64,000 nucleotides of DNA from Eledone cirrhosa (GCA_964016885.1 OZ024740.1:121830001-121894000), one strand, 5' to 3'. Positions 31,307 through 46,029 are shown, numbered from the stretch's first letter. Notes: generated from the letters alone by a model not told the origin. Translations and numbers: made by a program.

Positions 31307-31312
<6 letters not shown>
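30363..31312 (+). mobile_element. Truncated PLE (Cys linker + GIY-YIG + pLTR) with inverted 5' copy
   Basis: CSCRKPEACPLQLQC..AVVYEAVV, then FKERFLNHQSTF...CGLCIGE. 30435-30502 is inverted relative to 31234-31302. (TA)n on both sides. Confidence 0.85.
31237..31274 (+). ncRNA. Minimal hammerhead ribozyme (inverted, more decayed copy at 30462-30499)
   Basis: CGAG-CTGAGGA-TCC GCTAA GGT-GAAA-CAATTG-TT-CTCG. Confidence 0.75.
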
Positions 31313-31351
<39 letters not shown>

Positions 31352-31353
<2 letters not shown>

Positions 31354-32352
31354 CGAAGGAATTGTAGTAAGGAACCAGATGGACCATAATGCACCAGAGT
31401 ACTCAATACTTAGGGTAGTAGAGTGGGAAATAGAAAAAAGTATGACTCGGACGGCCGAGCTAAAGCCGTTTCGACGTCTATTTATGGACTAAATTAGAAT
31501 TTTGAGTCTGCTGAATACATAGCCGAACTTGTCAAGAGGTATTTCCTTATATGGGAAGATTGTAGTTGTCAAGAGGATTGGTTACGTTTTTTTGTAAACA
31601 CAAATAAATCTATCATGGCAGTTGGTGGGAGGTAGGGGTGGCTGAACTTGCCTGTAGAACAGTAGGGAAGTGAGTGGAGCCGGTCAAGCGTTGAAAGTGA
31701 TATGTATACAGCAGATTCTAAGGATAGTGTATGAAATGGAGGAGGGATGTTATAGAATAGGTATTTCGAAAGAGAGTAGGAGACAATAAAAGATAATAGA
31801 AAGAAATAAAAACATATATAAAATTAGATAGTGATAAATGAATAAAAAATATCACAATGCTATCTTACAATTACAGGTTAATAAGTTGAGAATAGAAAAT
31901 AATTGTAGAAATTGAGTAGTAACAATAATGATACAAAACTAAAGGGTCTAACACATTTGCTATAAGTAGTTAGTAAAAACGTATTCGGCGAATTCTATCT
32001 TAAAATTACAAGGGGTGGGGGAACTGATGCTACAGAGGCCCGATGGGCTGCATTGGGGTAGGCGAAAGTGGAAAAGCAGACGAGGAAGAAAATAGGGGGT
32101 GGAAGGAAGTGATAGGATGAGACAGGGGGAAGAAGAAAACATAGAGGAAAAGAAAAGAGATACATCTACCTATGTAAGCTGGGGTTTCCCCTAACTTATT
32201 CGGCAAGTGTGTGGGGGGGGGGGGGGGGGGTATTATCCCTTGTCTACGCACCCGGTCGTTATGGGGTTTGAGGGCGAGGTAAGTCCTATGCAATCTGTGT
32301 TTGCATGCGGTTACCAGTTCGTCTTTCTTGTTTAGGCGTTGGTCCGTCGAAA
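31352..32352 (-). mobile_element. PLE family B 3' end/pLTR
   Basis: Reverse-complement homolog of 12500-13650; closely similar to 18512-19012. Confidence 0.85.
31445..31540 (-). ncRNA. Hammerhead motif, family B (core TTGACAA, U3-A8)
   Basis: Reverse complement: ACCTC-TTGACAA-GTTCGGCTA...GAAA-CGGC..GCCG-TC. Confidence 0.6.
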
Positions 32353-32362
32353 TATATATATA

Positions 32363-32525
32363 TGGGATTACAAGTTATCGTTATAGGTAATTCAGTTATA
32401 GGTTGTGAGTGCTCTGCGTCGTGGATAGTTTTAACGTACGGCTTTGTTTAACTCAACAAGATGTTTCCATAGTTATGCAGCGAGTTCGGGTTAATTTCTA
32501 TGCAGCTTATACTTGGAGTAATAAT
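32363..32525. repeat. Dispersed repeat; homolog at 53800-53968
   Basis: Shared ACAAGTTATCGTTATAGG...GAGTGCTCTG...ATGCAGCGAGTTC...TGGAGTAATAATA. Confidence 0.7.
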
Positions 32526-32531
32526 AGTGAA

Positions 32532-32722
32532 ATAATTGTTTCTACTTTAGGCACAAGGCCAGCAATTATCCCAGTGCATTACTGGTACTTTATTTTATCG
32601 ACCCCGTAAGGATGAAAGGCAAAGTCAACCTCGGCGGGATTTGAACTCAGATCGTAAAGGGATGTAACTATGCTGGAAAGCATGGCGTCCGACCCTCTAC
32701 TGATACTGCCAATCCACCGCCC
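32532..32722 (-). mobile_element. tRNA-derived SINE (family 1)
   Basis: A-box-like TGGCAGTATCAG, B-box GAGTTCAAATCC and a conserved tail GATAAAATAAAGTACCAGT. Confidence 0.85.
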
Positions 32723-34304
32723 TAATCGCTTGAAGTTGCGTCACTCGATGACAAATAGATTATTTACCTTTGGTCAACACATCAGAGTACGTAGATGTAG
32801 TGTTTTAATATATATATATGAAAACGGAGAAAAAGACGATTATTAGGAAGACAAATATTTGTTCTTCCTTTTATTTTTTTCTCTTTTTTCAGGGTTAGAA
32901 AATGTTTAAAATAAATTATTTTACTTTGTGTGAAGTGTTAATATATTAGTTAATTTATTTATTAATTAACAATGACATTTATTTATTTATATATTTAATG
33001 ATTGTCTATTAGGGGTTTCAGCGTTTTATGCATTATCAAAGGGGGTAATTTGTATTGGTATAAAATGTTGGAGAGAAAATAATATGATGTTGAACATGTT
33101 AAAGAAATGGGAAAGAAAGAATACTATTATTTACAAACAAGGTTTTTTAAGTAAAAAGAAAAAAGAAAAAAGGGAGTGATGTGGAACATGATAAGGTATT
33201 GGGAAAGAAAGAATAATATTATTTAAAGGCATAGTTCTTGAGGATAAACAGTTCAAAATGTGTTATTATGACAAGAGCGCGTGGTTGGTCGATAATGGAG
33301 GCAAATGGTAGTCTGTGGTTTTATATATATATATATAGTGAAGAAGTTGTGGTAAGGAACCAGATGGACCATACCACACCAGAGTACACATTACGTAGGG
33401 TAGGAGAGTGGGTAATAGGAAAACATTTTCCTATATATATATGAAGGTTATGCTACCAATAAAATCACACTGACCTGTTTGTTTTCACTTATATTTATTA
33501 TATTATATTTATCATATTATATTGGCGATCGCCAACCGGAAGTGTTGACATTTGAACATTTTAAAGAAGTGAATCTTTAAATAAATAATAAAATATATTT
33601 AATAAACAGCCACGAAATGTAGTAGATAAATTATTTAATATTCATTCATTATTTATTCAAAGTAATCCAACTTATTTTACTAATGGGATAACAAATTAAA
33701 AACCGTACGCAGTCACGCGCTTCTCATTTTATTATAGATTAGATTCCAGACACAACAAAGATTGGAAGTATTTTTTTGGCTGTAATTTTAGCATTTACGA
33801 GTGCTGGATAACATATTAGCTCTACTTTATGCTAATATAGTCATTACATACATGGATTTGCAAAACTATTAACAATTTAGATAACTAGAAGCGTTACGTA
33901 AATAGCTGCCTACCTCTCTGGACGAACACCCCCGACAAACACAATGATTTCAAAACCCTAATGAATGGCATAAACAATATTGTTCACTTCAAAATCGATT
34001 AGGGTCAAGATCAACTACAATTGAAACTGATTTCTACTATTAACCAACGGATTCTAAACAAAACTCGCTATTCACCACAACCCATGCAAAACATACGAAA
34101 TAATCTAAACCAAAATACAAACAAAATCCCTTTAAAACACTGCTCAGTAGTGTCAAATTACGCAACACAAACATAATGCTAATAGTAAAAATGTGTAGCC
34201 ACCGTAATTGCAACATTTACATCAACTTTATTGAAGTCATCAATTTGATGATAATTTTTTATCGTGTAAATTAATTTTACCTATCTGTCAATAAGTTAAA
34301 ATAA

Positions 34305-34605
34305 TAATTGTTTCTACTTTTGGCAAAAGGCCAGAAATCATCCCAGTGCATTACTGGTACTTTATTTTATCGACTCCGTAAGGATGAAAGGCAAAGTTAA
34401 CCTCGGCGGGATTTGAACTCAGATCGTAAAGGCCCATAACTCCATGCTGCAAACCATGGCGTCCGACCTTCTAACGATACTGCCACCGCCCAATAAGTTA
34501 AAATAATAATTGTTTATAATTTTGGCACACGGCCAGCAATTAACCACTACATTACTGGTACTTTATTTTATCGACCCCATATGGATGAAGGTGATTTGAA
34601 CTCAT
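34305..34605 (-). mobile_element. SINE family 1, one full copy plus one partial tandem copy
   Basis: Homology to 32532-32722. Confidence 0.8.
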
Positions 34606-35083
34606 TATAAGTTAAAATAATAATAATAATTATGAGTTAAAATAATAATAATAAGTTAAAATAATAATATATGCTATTAAGTGTAAAGAATTTAACGAAT
34701 AGTACATAGAACCAACAAAATTCCACTGAGTGGACATTTAAGTTATGTGAGACAAAAAAGCCCCGCAAACCATATTCACACAATACAAGGGATAACATTC
34801 TACGATGAAAAAAAATCGAACAGGGTTTCAACCTTTGCACAAAGCTCTGTGTGAGTATATGTGTCTGTTTGTGTGAATGTACATGTGTGTTTGTGAGACT
34901 GTAAGTCTGTATGTGTGTATGCGTGTGCATTTGTGTGAGTTTATCGGTGTTTGTGGGTTTATATTTATACACACAAATATATATGATAAAAACGATATTA
35001 AATCAAAAGTAAATGCAGGTGTATATAACGATTCGAATGCAAATACTATATTCAATATGTTTGTATATATAAGAATATGTAAT

Positions 35084-35157
<74 letters not shown>

Positions 35158-35304
35158 AATTAAAATACTAGGGTGTGTTGGAGTTAAACACCCTCTTCAT
35201 ATTATAGAAATGACAGTAAATGTATAGCTCAATGTAATTAAACAGGGCCGAAGTATTAAGAAAATAAACCAAATAAGCCTTCAATACATCAAAAGTCTTT
35301 ATTA

Positions 35305-35342
35305 GCCAACAATGTTTCGTCCTATTAAGGACTCATCAGGGC
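35305..35342 (-). ncRNA. Minimal hammerhead ribozyme
   Basis: Reverse complement: GCC-CTGATGA-GTCC TTAATA GGAC-GAAA-CATTG-TT-GGC. Confidence 0.8.
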
Positions 35343-37544
35343 AAGTAAAGCTATAAGAAGCACTATCGGCCAATACAAGCCAAAAAATCAGAAGAATATG
35401 TAGTATACATACATTAAAGCATAGGAAAATTATCAAGTAAAAATTATCAAGTAAACATTGCTAAGCAAGTGAATAACATTTTGAACCATATTACAAATAT
35501 AGTACAATGCAAAAGCTAAAGCTAAACACAAGTGGTGATATAAAGCGAGAATTACAGTACATAATATAATATAATATAATATAGTATGATATAATATAAT
35601 ATAATTGATAATGATAATAATAATAATATTAAAAGGCCCAATAAACATATATATATATACATATGTACACACATACATATACATATATATATCAATACCC
35701 ATATCCATCAATACAAACACAAACTAACACCTATTAAGAGTTTAAATAAAAATAAAAATAAAAATAAAAATAAAAATAAAAATAAAAATAAAAATAAAAA
35801 TAAAAATAAAAAGAAAAATAAAAATAAAAATAAAAATAAAAATAAAAATAAAAATAAAAATAAAAATAAAAATTAAAATAAAAATAAAAATAAAAATAAA
35901 AATAAAAATAAAAATAAAAATAAAAATAAAAATAAAAATAAAAATAATAAAAATAAAAATAAAAATAAAAATAAAAATAAAAATAAAAATAAAAATAAAA
36001 ATAAAAATAAAATTAAAAATAAAAATAAAAATAAAAATAAAAATAAAAATAAAAATAAAAAATGAAAATAAAAATAAAAAATAAAAATTAAAATTAAAAA
36101 TAAAAATAAAAATAAAAATAAAAATAAAAATAATACATATATTATTTACAGTATAAAATGTTAAAGAAATGAGTAAAAGTAAACATAAAATATAATATAC
36201 TATATAATTATATAATTAATAATCTCCGGCCAATTTTCACAAACAGTATGAATATTACAATAACACTATAATAACAATATCATAATATATTGGCATATAA
36301 CTTAACAAATCATGTAAAGTTACACACAGGGTGAGAAAAAAATATATCATACAGAACTAAATTGTGTTGAAAAAAATTGTGCTGGAAAAATATCTATACC
36401 GTTGTAAGAAAACAGACGGAGGTCAAGTTTTTATACAATTGGTATAAATAAATATTATCTAAACATTACAAAAATTATAAAAATATAAACATATTACAGA
36501 ATTTACAAAATTTAACATAAGGGTACATCGAATAGTTTTTTTACTACTGTGCGTAGTTTCTGTCTAGTTCTTATTCACTTATTCACATATGTCTGTCTAC
36601 TAACCATGTAATTATGTATATTATACTATGTTCATTATTTGATATTGAAGTTGTTATATCATATCACTATATGAAATCGTACTATTCGATGTACCCTTAT
36701 GTTAAATTTTGTAAATTCTGTAATATGTTTATATTTTTATAATTTTTGTAATGTTTAGATAATATTTATTTATACCAATTGTATAAAAACTTGACCTCCG
36801 TCTGTTTTCTTACAACAGTATAGATATTTTTCCAGCACAATTTTTTTCAACACAATTTAGTTCTGTATGATATATTTTTTCTCACCCTGTGTGTAACTTT
36901 ATATGATTTGTTAAGTTATATGCCAATATATTATAATATTGTTATTATAGTGTTATTGTAATATTCATACTGTTTGTGCAAATTGACCGGAGATTATTAA
37001 TTATATAATTATATAGTATATTATAATTTATGTTTACTTTTACTCATTTCTTTAACATTTTATACTGTAAATAATATATTATTTTTATTTTTATTTTTAT
37101 TTTTATTTTTATTTTTATTTTTATTTTTATTTTTATTTTTATTTTCATTTTTATTTAAACTCTTAATAGGTGTTAGTTTGGGTTTGTATTGATGGATATG
37201 GGTATTGATATATATATGTATATGTATGTGTGTACATATGTATATATATATATATGTTTATTGGGCCTTTTAATATTATTATTATTATCATTATCAATTA
37301 TATTATATTATATTATATTATATTTAGTACTGTAATTCTCGCTTTATATCACCACTTGTGTTTAGCTTTAGCTTTTGCATTGTACTATATTTGTAATATG
37401 GTTCAAAATGTTATTCACTTCCTTAGCAATTTTTACTTGATAATTTTACTTCATAATTTTCCTATGCTTTAATGTATGTATACTACATATTCTTCTGAGT
37501 TTTTTGGCTTGTATTGGCCGATAGTGCTTCTTATAGCTTTAGTT

Positions 37545-37582
37545 GCCCTGATGAGTCCTTAATAGGACGAAACATTTTTGGC
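37545..37582 (+). ncRNA. Minimal hammerhead ribozyme, stem III G-to-T mutated copy
   Basis: GCC-CTGATGA-GTCC TTAATA GGAC-GAAA-CATTT-TT-GGC. Confidence 0.7.
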
Positions 37583-37626
37583 TAATAAAGACTTTTGATG
37601 TATTGAACGCTTCTTTGGTTTATTTT

Positions 37627-37693
<67 letters not shown>

Positions 37694-38252
37694 TATATAT
37701 TCATTATCCCAGCGAAGAGTTTGTTTGTATACATAGGCAAACATGTATATGCCCGCACGCACACACACACACACACACACCCACACACACACAGACAATT
37801 TGTGAGTGTAGAAGTAAAAAAAATATATATTAGCAGATGGCTGTGCATTTGTATGTCTGTGCATATTGCCAATGAGGGAGCGAGAGGGGACAGAAAGAAA
37901 CAGAGAGGTGAAGTGAGGAAGTGGTTCTTTACTTCTCATCCTCTATATCCTCCTTCGCCACGCACATCTTTCCATAGAGGGAGTAATGTAAATAGCGTGT
38001 ACGTGTGAGTGAGGAAAGAAAAGGGAGAGAGAAAGTGAGAGAGAGAGAGAGAGAGAGTGAAAGAAATAGATGAAGACTAAAAGAGACGAAGTTTTACAGA
38101 TGGTGAGAGAGAATATGTGTGAGCGAGAGAAACACAAAATGAGAAAAACGACAGAGAAGAGACAAAGAAACACAAAGAGCGATCCAGTTTTTATAGGACA
38201 AGTTGATAGATAGAGAAGGGGATAGCATGAGAGAGAGGCACTGTATGTTTCA

Positions 38253-38673
38253 TATAGTAAGTACGGCGAACTTTTTAAAATTTATTTCAAAACCTTTTCT
38301 CTATTTGCTAAACCTTGATTTTATATGTTCTGGCTTGTAAATTTATTAACCTGCCATAGAACCACATTGGCATACGGTTGGATAATATGTGTATCCCTCT
38401 ATGTATTTTTTACACGTAGGAACACATACTTTATTATTATTAATCTCCCCTAAGATTGAGATAAGATTTTGGTCGTTTAAACTGCTGCTATTTCTAGTAG
38501 CAGGACATTGACCGTCCGCCCTTGCCTGCTGTCTTTACACATGGCACTAGACCAAATTGGTTCCTTCCTCAGTCACTCTCATCCGGGAACAATTTTGGAT
38601 GGCGCCAGTTTGTGATTTGAACTCGGGAATTTTATATTCTCCGAGCGAGAAGAAGCTTCTGACGAGAATCCCC
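38253..38673 (+). mobile_element. Diverged monomer of the 490-bp HHR repeat family, truncated within the HHR
   Basis: Collinear with 3113-3535, ending at CTT-CTGACGA-GAATC. Confidence 0.75.
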
Positions 38674-38869
38674 TTCTCTGCGAGGGTGTGTACGTGCGTG
38701 TTTGCGTGCATTTGTGTGCGTGTGTGCGTTTGGGTGCGCATGTGTCTGTGTGCGTGCGTGCGGCATTCCACAATCGCCATTTGTCTCAATCGCACTTGTG
38801 AATATATTCCCCTAACTTTCACTCATTTTCCAGTTTAATCGCCATTTTAATTTTCAAAAGAATTTCCGA

Positions 38870-41800
38870 GAAAAAAGTTTTCACACCTCTACAAGAGGAG
38901 GCGGGTTAGATGTAGATGATCAGTAGTCTACAGTGAAGCAAAACGAGTACAGGTAGCCACTAGAGACCATTGCACAACGAGAGTACAGATCTGAACACGA
39001 CTGGAGGAAAGCTGCATGCAGGGCCAATGAGTCACAAGAAGCAAGGGAAAACAGTCGGAAGACCTATGTCAAGTAGATGCAATCCGCAGGAGAAAAGAGT
39101 TAAGAAAGGAAATAGAAAAACGTTTAAAGGATGCAAGTCAAGGACAAGCTGCCAGAGTTGCCAGTGAGACAATCTGTCAGAGAAAGATTAAACAAAGAGA
39201 AAACCAGGAGCAAACAATTGCTGCAAGACTTTGCCAATCGTCAGAGGAAAGATGTAAGCGTCGGGACCAAAATAGGATGAATACGCTTGACAAAAGTGTT
39301 GCTCCTTTCAAGGGACTTGGAAAAGATCAGCTTTCAACTATGATACAACCATGATTATACTACAGAGAAATTGATTGATATTCGAGCAATGTAAAAAAAG
39401 TACAGTTTTTTTGTAAAGGAAAGAAATGTGAAAGAGAAACAATCACTAGGTGTTGTGGTTGAGTAACCGATGTTTGGTACACCCCCAGATACTTCGAAGG
39501 TATTGCTTTTGGGAAAAACACCAAGGAGCATATACATCCTCAAATCATTAAGAATTATAATTCTGCTTTCCAAATGACCACCTTTGGTAGTAATATTATA
39601 AGAAAAAGGAACACGAAGCCATCTTTTAAAGTTCAAGGTCAAGTATACCATCGTATTTGATCTTTGTTGCTAACTGAAGACACGAATCCTCAGTTTTTAC
39701 AGTTATATTTTGTAGCAAATTACAAGGAATAGGCTTTTCAACGGTCATTTTACCTTCAACATTTGAAAGTTCTCTTTGCATCACATTACAAACACCTGAA
39801 AGATGCAATCAGTAATGAAGGAGCATCGGCTACTGATAACATTCTGATACTGATACGTCAAGCCTTACTGGAAATGAACCTAACATGGCATGAAATAGAG
39901 AGTGAGCTTTATCATCATCAAGAACACAAAGCTCACCATGGTATTATAGCTAGGGCGTTCAGACTTAAAGTCAAAAAGTTGATGGATCTCCTAAAGAATG
40001 CTAAAGGCGTTGGCCCAGTAGAATGTGACATGTACTCAATTGAATGGCAAAAGGTAGGATTACCACATGCCCGTATATTGATTTGGTTACATGAAGAACT
40101 TCAGCCAAATTATATTGATTTATTCATCTCAAGGGAACTGCCTGGTCTACACAAGACAATTTGCTGTATGAAATTGTCAAGTCCCAGATGATTCATCGGC
40201 TCTGTGTTTAAGTAATCCATTCTCCCCTGTAAGAGGGATAATACGTGCAGCAATAATTACCCACATCCCTCAATAAAGAAACCCAAACTGGAGAAGGTGG
40301 TTACCCACTTTACAAGAGGAGAAAACATGGGCATGGTGGATTTACTTCGAAATGAAAAATGAGATATGGGCAAGAATTCATCATTGGGTTGTATCGAACT
40401 GCCCTCTTCTTACAAAACACTTTTAAGTCTATTAAGTATGTTTCCAGATATATTTAAAAAAAAAGTTTTGATGCTACAACATACACTTTTATGCAGAATG
40501 ACAGTCAGCAGATAAATAAAAATCGCAAAGTTACACAGTGTGAGAGAGGAAGGTACATCAGTAGCAATAAAGCTTTTTGGCACATCTACGATGACACCCA
40601 GCCATCATTCATCTGTGTGTCCATCTACAGAAGGGCCAGAGGACTATCTTTACAAAACAAAACAGCCTTGCAACAAGCACTTTCTCCAAAAGAAACTACC
40701 CATGCTGCATTTATTAAATTGTATCATTAAGATGAATATGATAGGAAACACATTTACCTAGAATTACCCAAGATATTTACCTGGAGAAACAATAAAGGGC
40801 ACAAGAGAAAACCCCGGACTCACGCTCCTGCAAGGGTTTACATTGTCCACCCAAGCCAAGCAGAATGCTATTACTTACTGCTCCATTTGCATGAAGTACG
40901 TGGTCCAAAATCATTCCAAGATTTGAGGAGAGTAAATGGTCATGTGTGTGAAACTGGTAGGGAAGCATGCTATCAACAAGGTTTGTTAAGAAATGATGAG
41001 CATTGAGACCTTGCATTGACAGAAGCATCAGTGTCAGATTCTCCAAGGAAACTGTGTAACCCTTTTGCAATTATGCCGAAGACATGTCAACTTGGCAGTC
41101 CCCTACAACTTTGAATGAAACATTGTCAGGATCTGGCTGAGGCTTAATGTACGCAGTTCAACAGGCAAACCCAGATATCATTATTCGCTTCTCTGAAACA
41201 TTTTTTAACCAAGCACTGATTGAATTTGAGGATCACGTTTTGGCCTGCAAGAGTCTGGTTCTGGACTGACAAAAACAAACTGTGAAGTTAATGCGTCAAC
41301 TTCAAGAGACATAACATGTGAGACAAATTATCACATCACAGAGTTGGCTGCATTTGTCAATGAACATGATCCTAAACTTTTTCCAGAACAGCGCTGCGAT
41401 TAAATTGTTTCGTCAGTCAGGTAAAAAAGCGGAGAAATGTTATTTCTTGATGCTCTTGTGATACAGGTAAAACATTTGTAACAACATTGCTTCTCTTCAA
41501 GTTAAAGCAACACTAAAGAATTGCAGTTGCTCTAGCATCGTTTGGCACTGTTGCCATCCTTCTCCCAGGAAGACAAACAGCACATTCTGCTATTAAATTA
41601 CCGCTAAACCAATTTGTAACATAAGCAAAGGTTCAGCAGAAGTGCTACGATAATACCACCTTATTATTTGGGATGAATGCAACATGTCACATAGAAGGGC
41701 AATGCAAGCTCTTTATAAGACGTTACAGAACATAAGAGACAACATTACATCTATGTGAGGAGTTACATCAGGGGACTTCAGACATATAATGCCAGTCATT

Positions 41801-42976
41801 CTGAGAGGAACAAAAGCTGATGAAATAAAAGCATGCATTAAGTCTTCGCACCTATGGAATATAGTACACAAATTCTCCTTCAATTGTAACATTCGAATTT
41901 TATTACATGGGGACCAATGTGCAGAACAGTTTTCAACCCGGCTCCTCCAATTAGAAATGGAAAAGTGCCAATTGATGGGAATGGTGATATCAATTGGGCT
42001 CATATTGCTATCGGGGTGAATTCCACAGCTGAATTGAATAGCAGGGTATTTCCAGATTTAAGTAATCATTATAATTCCCACAAATGGTTGTGTAAAAGGG
42101 CAGTCCTCGCTCCCAAAAATTAGGCAGTAGCAAGGATTAACCATGTATTAATGAATAAGATTCTGTCAGTCATTAAGGAATACAAATAGCGTGATTCAGT
42201 CCTTAATAAAAATCAAGCTGTCCACTACCCAACAGAGTTCCTTAATTCTCTTGAGCCAACTGAAACTTCTCCAAAGAAACCTTTCTTAACATTTGGAGTC
42301 CCAATAATTCTTCTCAGAAATTTAGATGCTTCTAAATCATTCAATCGAACAAGGTTGATTGTGATTACATTATCACCTAATGTGATAGAAGCTACCATGT
42401 GCGTCTGGGGAACATGATTTCATTCCAAGAATTCCAATTAAACCGTCAGACATACGGATTGAGTTCAAACGGACACAGTTCCCGGCGACTTTGCTCAAGG
42501 TCAGACTTTGAAATCAACTGACTTGCATTTAATCGAGCCTTGCTTTACTCATGGTCAACTTTATGTCGGTTGCTCTAGGGTGGATAGTTTAGAAGACTTA
42601 TTTGTCTATGCTCCAAACCTGAAAACAAAGAATATTGTTTACCCAGAAGCTCTTACGTAATGTCCTTCAACATATGTGATATAATTTATCTCCCTTCATA
42701 AAAGTGGTGCACTTTGCATTTTCGTCTTTTTTATTATTATTATTTTTGTGTATTATGAAGGTCGATAAAATAAAGTACCAGTAATGCACTGGATAATTGC
42801 TGGCCTTGTGCCTAAAGTAGAAACAATTATGAATTCAGAAATGATTTCCTCATGTATCCCAACTGCAGAATAAATTGAATTTAGCATAACAAATTTCTAT
42901 ACGACATATGTTGTTTTTTTCTTCTTATATATAAGGACAGATTTCATTATCGGGCAACGTAGGGTGCCTCTGCTAG
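38870..42976 (+). mobile_element. Decayed autonomous Helitron (Rep HUH + PIF1-like helicase); 5' end not located
   Basis: SIEWQKVGLPHARILIWL (Rep motif), IIWDEC.M, PVILRGTKADEIKACIKSSHLW, RAVLAPKN, FTHGQLYVGCSRV and KNIVYPEAL. 3' terminus CGGGCAACGTAGGGT...CTAG|T at 42973-42976. Many stops and frameshifts. Confidence 0.92.
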
Positions 42977-43575
42977 TATACATAATCTTTAATATAATGG
43001 ATTATAGTTGTTGATGATAATGCCAACGCCCTGTTAGCCAATACTCAGCAGATTAAACGGATACCCGATATCTATGTTTATTCTGTTTGTATGTGTATAT
43101 GTAATTAATGCTGTAATTAATGAAGTTGAGTATCTTATTTGTCATTAATTTCGATTCCTGGTAACATTGTTACACTTCAGTCAGCTGGCAACAATGAGTT
43201 TTACATGTGTTATAGAAATCTACTAGAGAATTTTGTTAAGGTTAGACGTGGAATGTTCAACCAATTGCTCAATAATTTCATAAACTGGCTCTTCCATTGA
43301 CGGAATCAACTAGAAACCTCATCGTTAGTGCCGGTGGATCTCCACCACAAATATACTCATGCGCTCACATATACATGTGCGGCCTTATACACACGTACCA
43401 ATAATACTGCATGACTGGAAACGATAGATACAATGCCAATCCTTAAATCAATCACTGGTAAACGAAGAACATTCTACATAGTCGATGGAAGTGCAAGAAA
43501 TAACAGCCACATTGTAATCAATCTATACCTTCCTACTTACAAAAATATAATGGAGTCATTAATATTTATATGTAT

Positions 43576-43760
43576 GGGTGAATTGGTAGTATCGGTAGAG
43601 GGTCGGACTGCTTTCCAGCATAGTTACGTCCCTTTACGATCTGAGATCAAATCTCACCGAGGTTAACTTTGCCTTTCATCCATACGGGGTCGATAAAATA
43701 AAGTACCAGTAATATACTGGTTAATTGCTAGCCTTGTGCCAACATTAGAAACAATTATCA
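43576..43760 (+). mobile_element. SINE family 1 (partial copies also at 42763-42830 and 45720-45835)
   Basis: Homology to the reverse complement of 32532-32722. Confidence 0.8.
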
Positions 43761-45021
43761 TTTATATGAATTTTTGTAATCTGTTAACTAAGGCTTGAAA
43801 TGAAGCTGATGTGTAATACCAATAATAATAAAAAATCTATGTTTTTATGTGTTTGAGGGTTACCATTATTGGCAGTATGGCTCAGCAGGGAAATGAACTT
43901 GCATCAAATAAAACCCATTCTCCAACGCCTTACACACATACCACCACCATTACCACCATTGTAATCATCACCATTATTATCATCATCATCACCATAACTA
44001 AGCCGGTACTTATTTTAGCATTTAAAAAGTATTTGAAGGATCATGCTTCATGAAATCTAAAACAAGATATGTCGAAGAAAATCGGGTTACACAGGTGGCA
44101 TAATCATTCAGAAGTAAATGTGTTGAACACATTTGTAATGAATAGGTTTCTCATCAAGGGTTTCTCTTTTACCCTGCAACTGAAAATATTCATGTGTGTA
44201 CCTACAGCGCAGGCAGACGAAATAAGTGCTAATTTCTCAATTATCGGTACTTGAAGAATCCCATTTCAGCAGTAATGAATATATTCACCTTATATATTAT
44301 TCGATAAATTCAATTAGTTATTTTCATTTTCAGATAATAACCTTTAGCCTAGTTGTGAAGAGACGGAAGATCTATTTTTGTATAGATATGGCTGACGCTT
44401 GTTTATTTCTATTGCCTGACAGACATCGCACCGGTAATTTGTCAATGGAGAAATACAAAGAACAATAACGCCCTGATTATTCTAATAAATGGCAGACTTA
44501 GCTGTACCTACCAACACGATCATGAAACTGTATGCATAATAACAAAGATGTATATTAAATATTTGAAACTGCACACAAGCTTGTTTTCAATTTCGTATCG
44601 TCAATATTGAGAACGTCTTTAAAACCAATTAAATATTACGAACAGATTATATTCTATTTCAGTAACAAACATTTGAGCACGTAAACACGGACAGCATGTA
44701 ACTAAGAAAATGTATATATATATTGTGCATGAGAGTGTGCGTGCGCGAACGCGTGTGTATGCGTGTGTATGCGTGTTTGTTTGAAGGTATGTAACTTAGT
44801 GGTTACGGTGTTTCTGATTCCGATAGCCAGTGGTGCGGTGTATCCTTGTTACACAATGTAAGGCTGAATCTCTCTCAGAATTGCTACAAAAGTCACGTGA
44901 CCGTTGAATGCTCAGCCACTTGCATATAAATTTCACCAGGAGACTCTACCGTCGATGAAACTTAGAGAAGACTCACAGGATCACACACGGATACTCATAC
45001 GCACACAGACACACATATATA

Positions 45022-45091
<70 letters not shown>

Positions 45092-45209
45092 ATATGTATG
45101 TACATATATAAATCTAGCACTCGAGACGGCCGGAGCTCAGCCTTCGGGGTTCTGACTCTTTTCCTATATACACATATATATATATAATAATAATATATGT
45201 AGTAATACA

Positions 45210-45696
45210 CACAGTAAATCGTGTGTCTAAAATTACAAGGGTTGAAATACCACCATTATTTGAGAAATTTAATCAGAACCAAACGGAGAATACAGAAAAT
45301 ATATAGACGGTCTCAATAACTATTACATCTACCGGGTAGATTAGAGATTTAATCTGTTTCGCCCTGATAATTGTTTGTAACAGATAATTCGCACCATCAG
45401 CGAGAGAATTAGATTAAATGTGACAAACACCTAAAGCTAAAAGCCACACGAATGAAGATTTCACCTCGTGTGCTAGAAGTCAAAAGTGGTGTGAGTGGAT
45501 AGGGCCTTAATACACCCAAAATTTAAGCTGACCAACTTATAAGCGAAACAGATTAAATCTCTAATCTGTCCGGGAGATGTAATAGTTATTGAGACGGTCT
45601 GTATCTTTTCTGTATTCTCCGTTTGCTTCTGGTTAAATTTCTCAAACCAACGTGGTATTTCAACCCTCGTAATTTTAGACACACGATTTACTGTGT
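45210..45696. mobile_element. Foldback/MITE-like element with ~150-bp inverted arms
   Basis: 45210-45362 is inverted relative to 45543-45695. The termini begin ACAGTAAATCGTGTG, and there is no coding capacity. Confidence 0.7.
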
Positions 45697-45992
45697 TTAT
45701 TACTACATATATTATTATATAATTGTTTCTACTTTAGGCACAAGGCCAGCAATTACCCAGTGCATTACTGGTACTTTATTTTATCAACCCCGTAAGGATG
45801 AAAGGCAAAGTCAACCTCGGCGGGATTTGAACTCATTATTATATAATGCTCAGTATTTATACTTTGGACTTATTAATTACAGGGTATCAGTATGAATTAT
45901 TAACTCTGTCTTTTATTTGTATATATATATATATATATATATATATGTTCAATTCTCAAACACATACATGCATATATTCAAGCTTGTACACA

Positions 45993-46029
<37 letters not shown>

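Larger units (their letters stand above)
35258..37630. repeat. ~2.4-kb non-coding inverted repeat (arms 35258-36535 and 36681-37630) with an HHR near each outer end
   Basis: The arms are highly similar reverse complements with an ~145-bp spacer. (AAAAAT)n is ~390 bp in the left arm and ~75 bp in the right. Confidence 0.92.

Noticed and set aside
33480-33740. Helitron-like 5' start (reverse complement TCTATATAATAAAATGAG) at ~33738
   Set aside because: No matching hairpin-CTAG 3' end was found.
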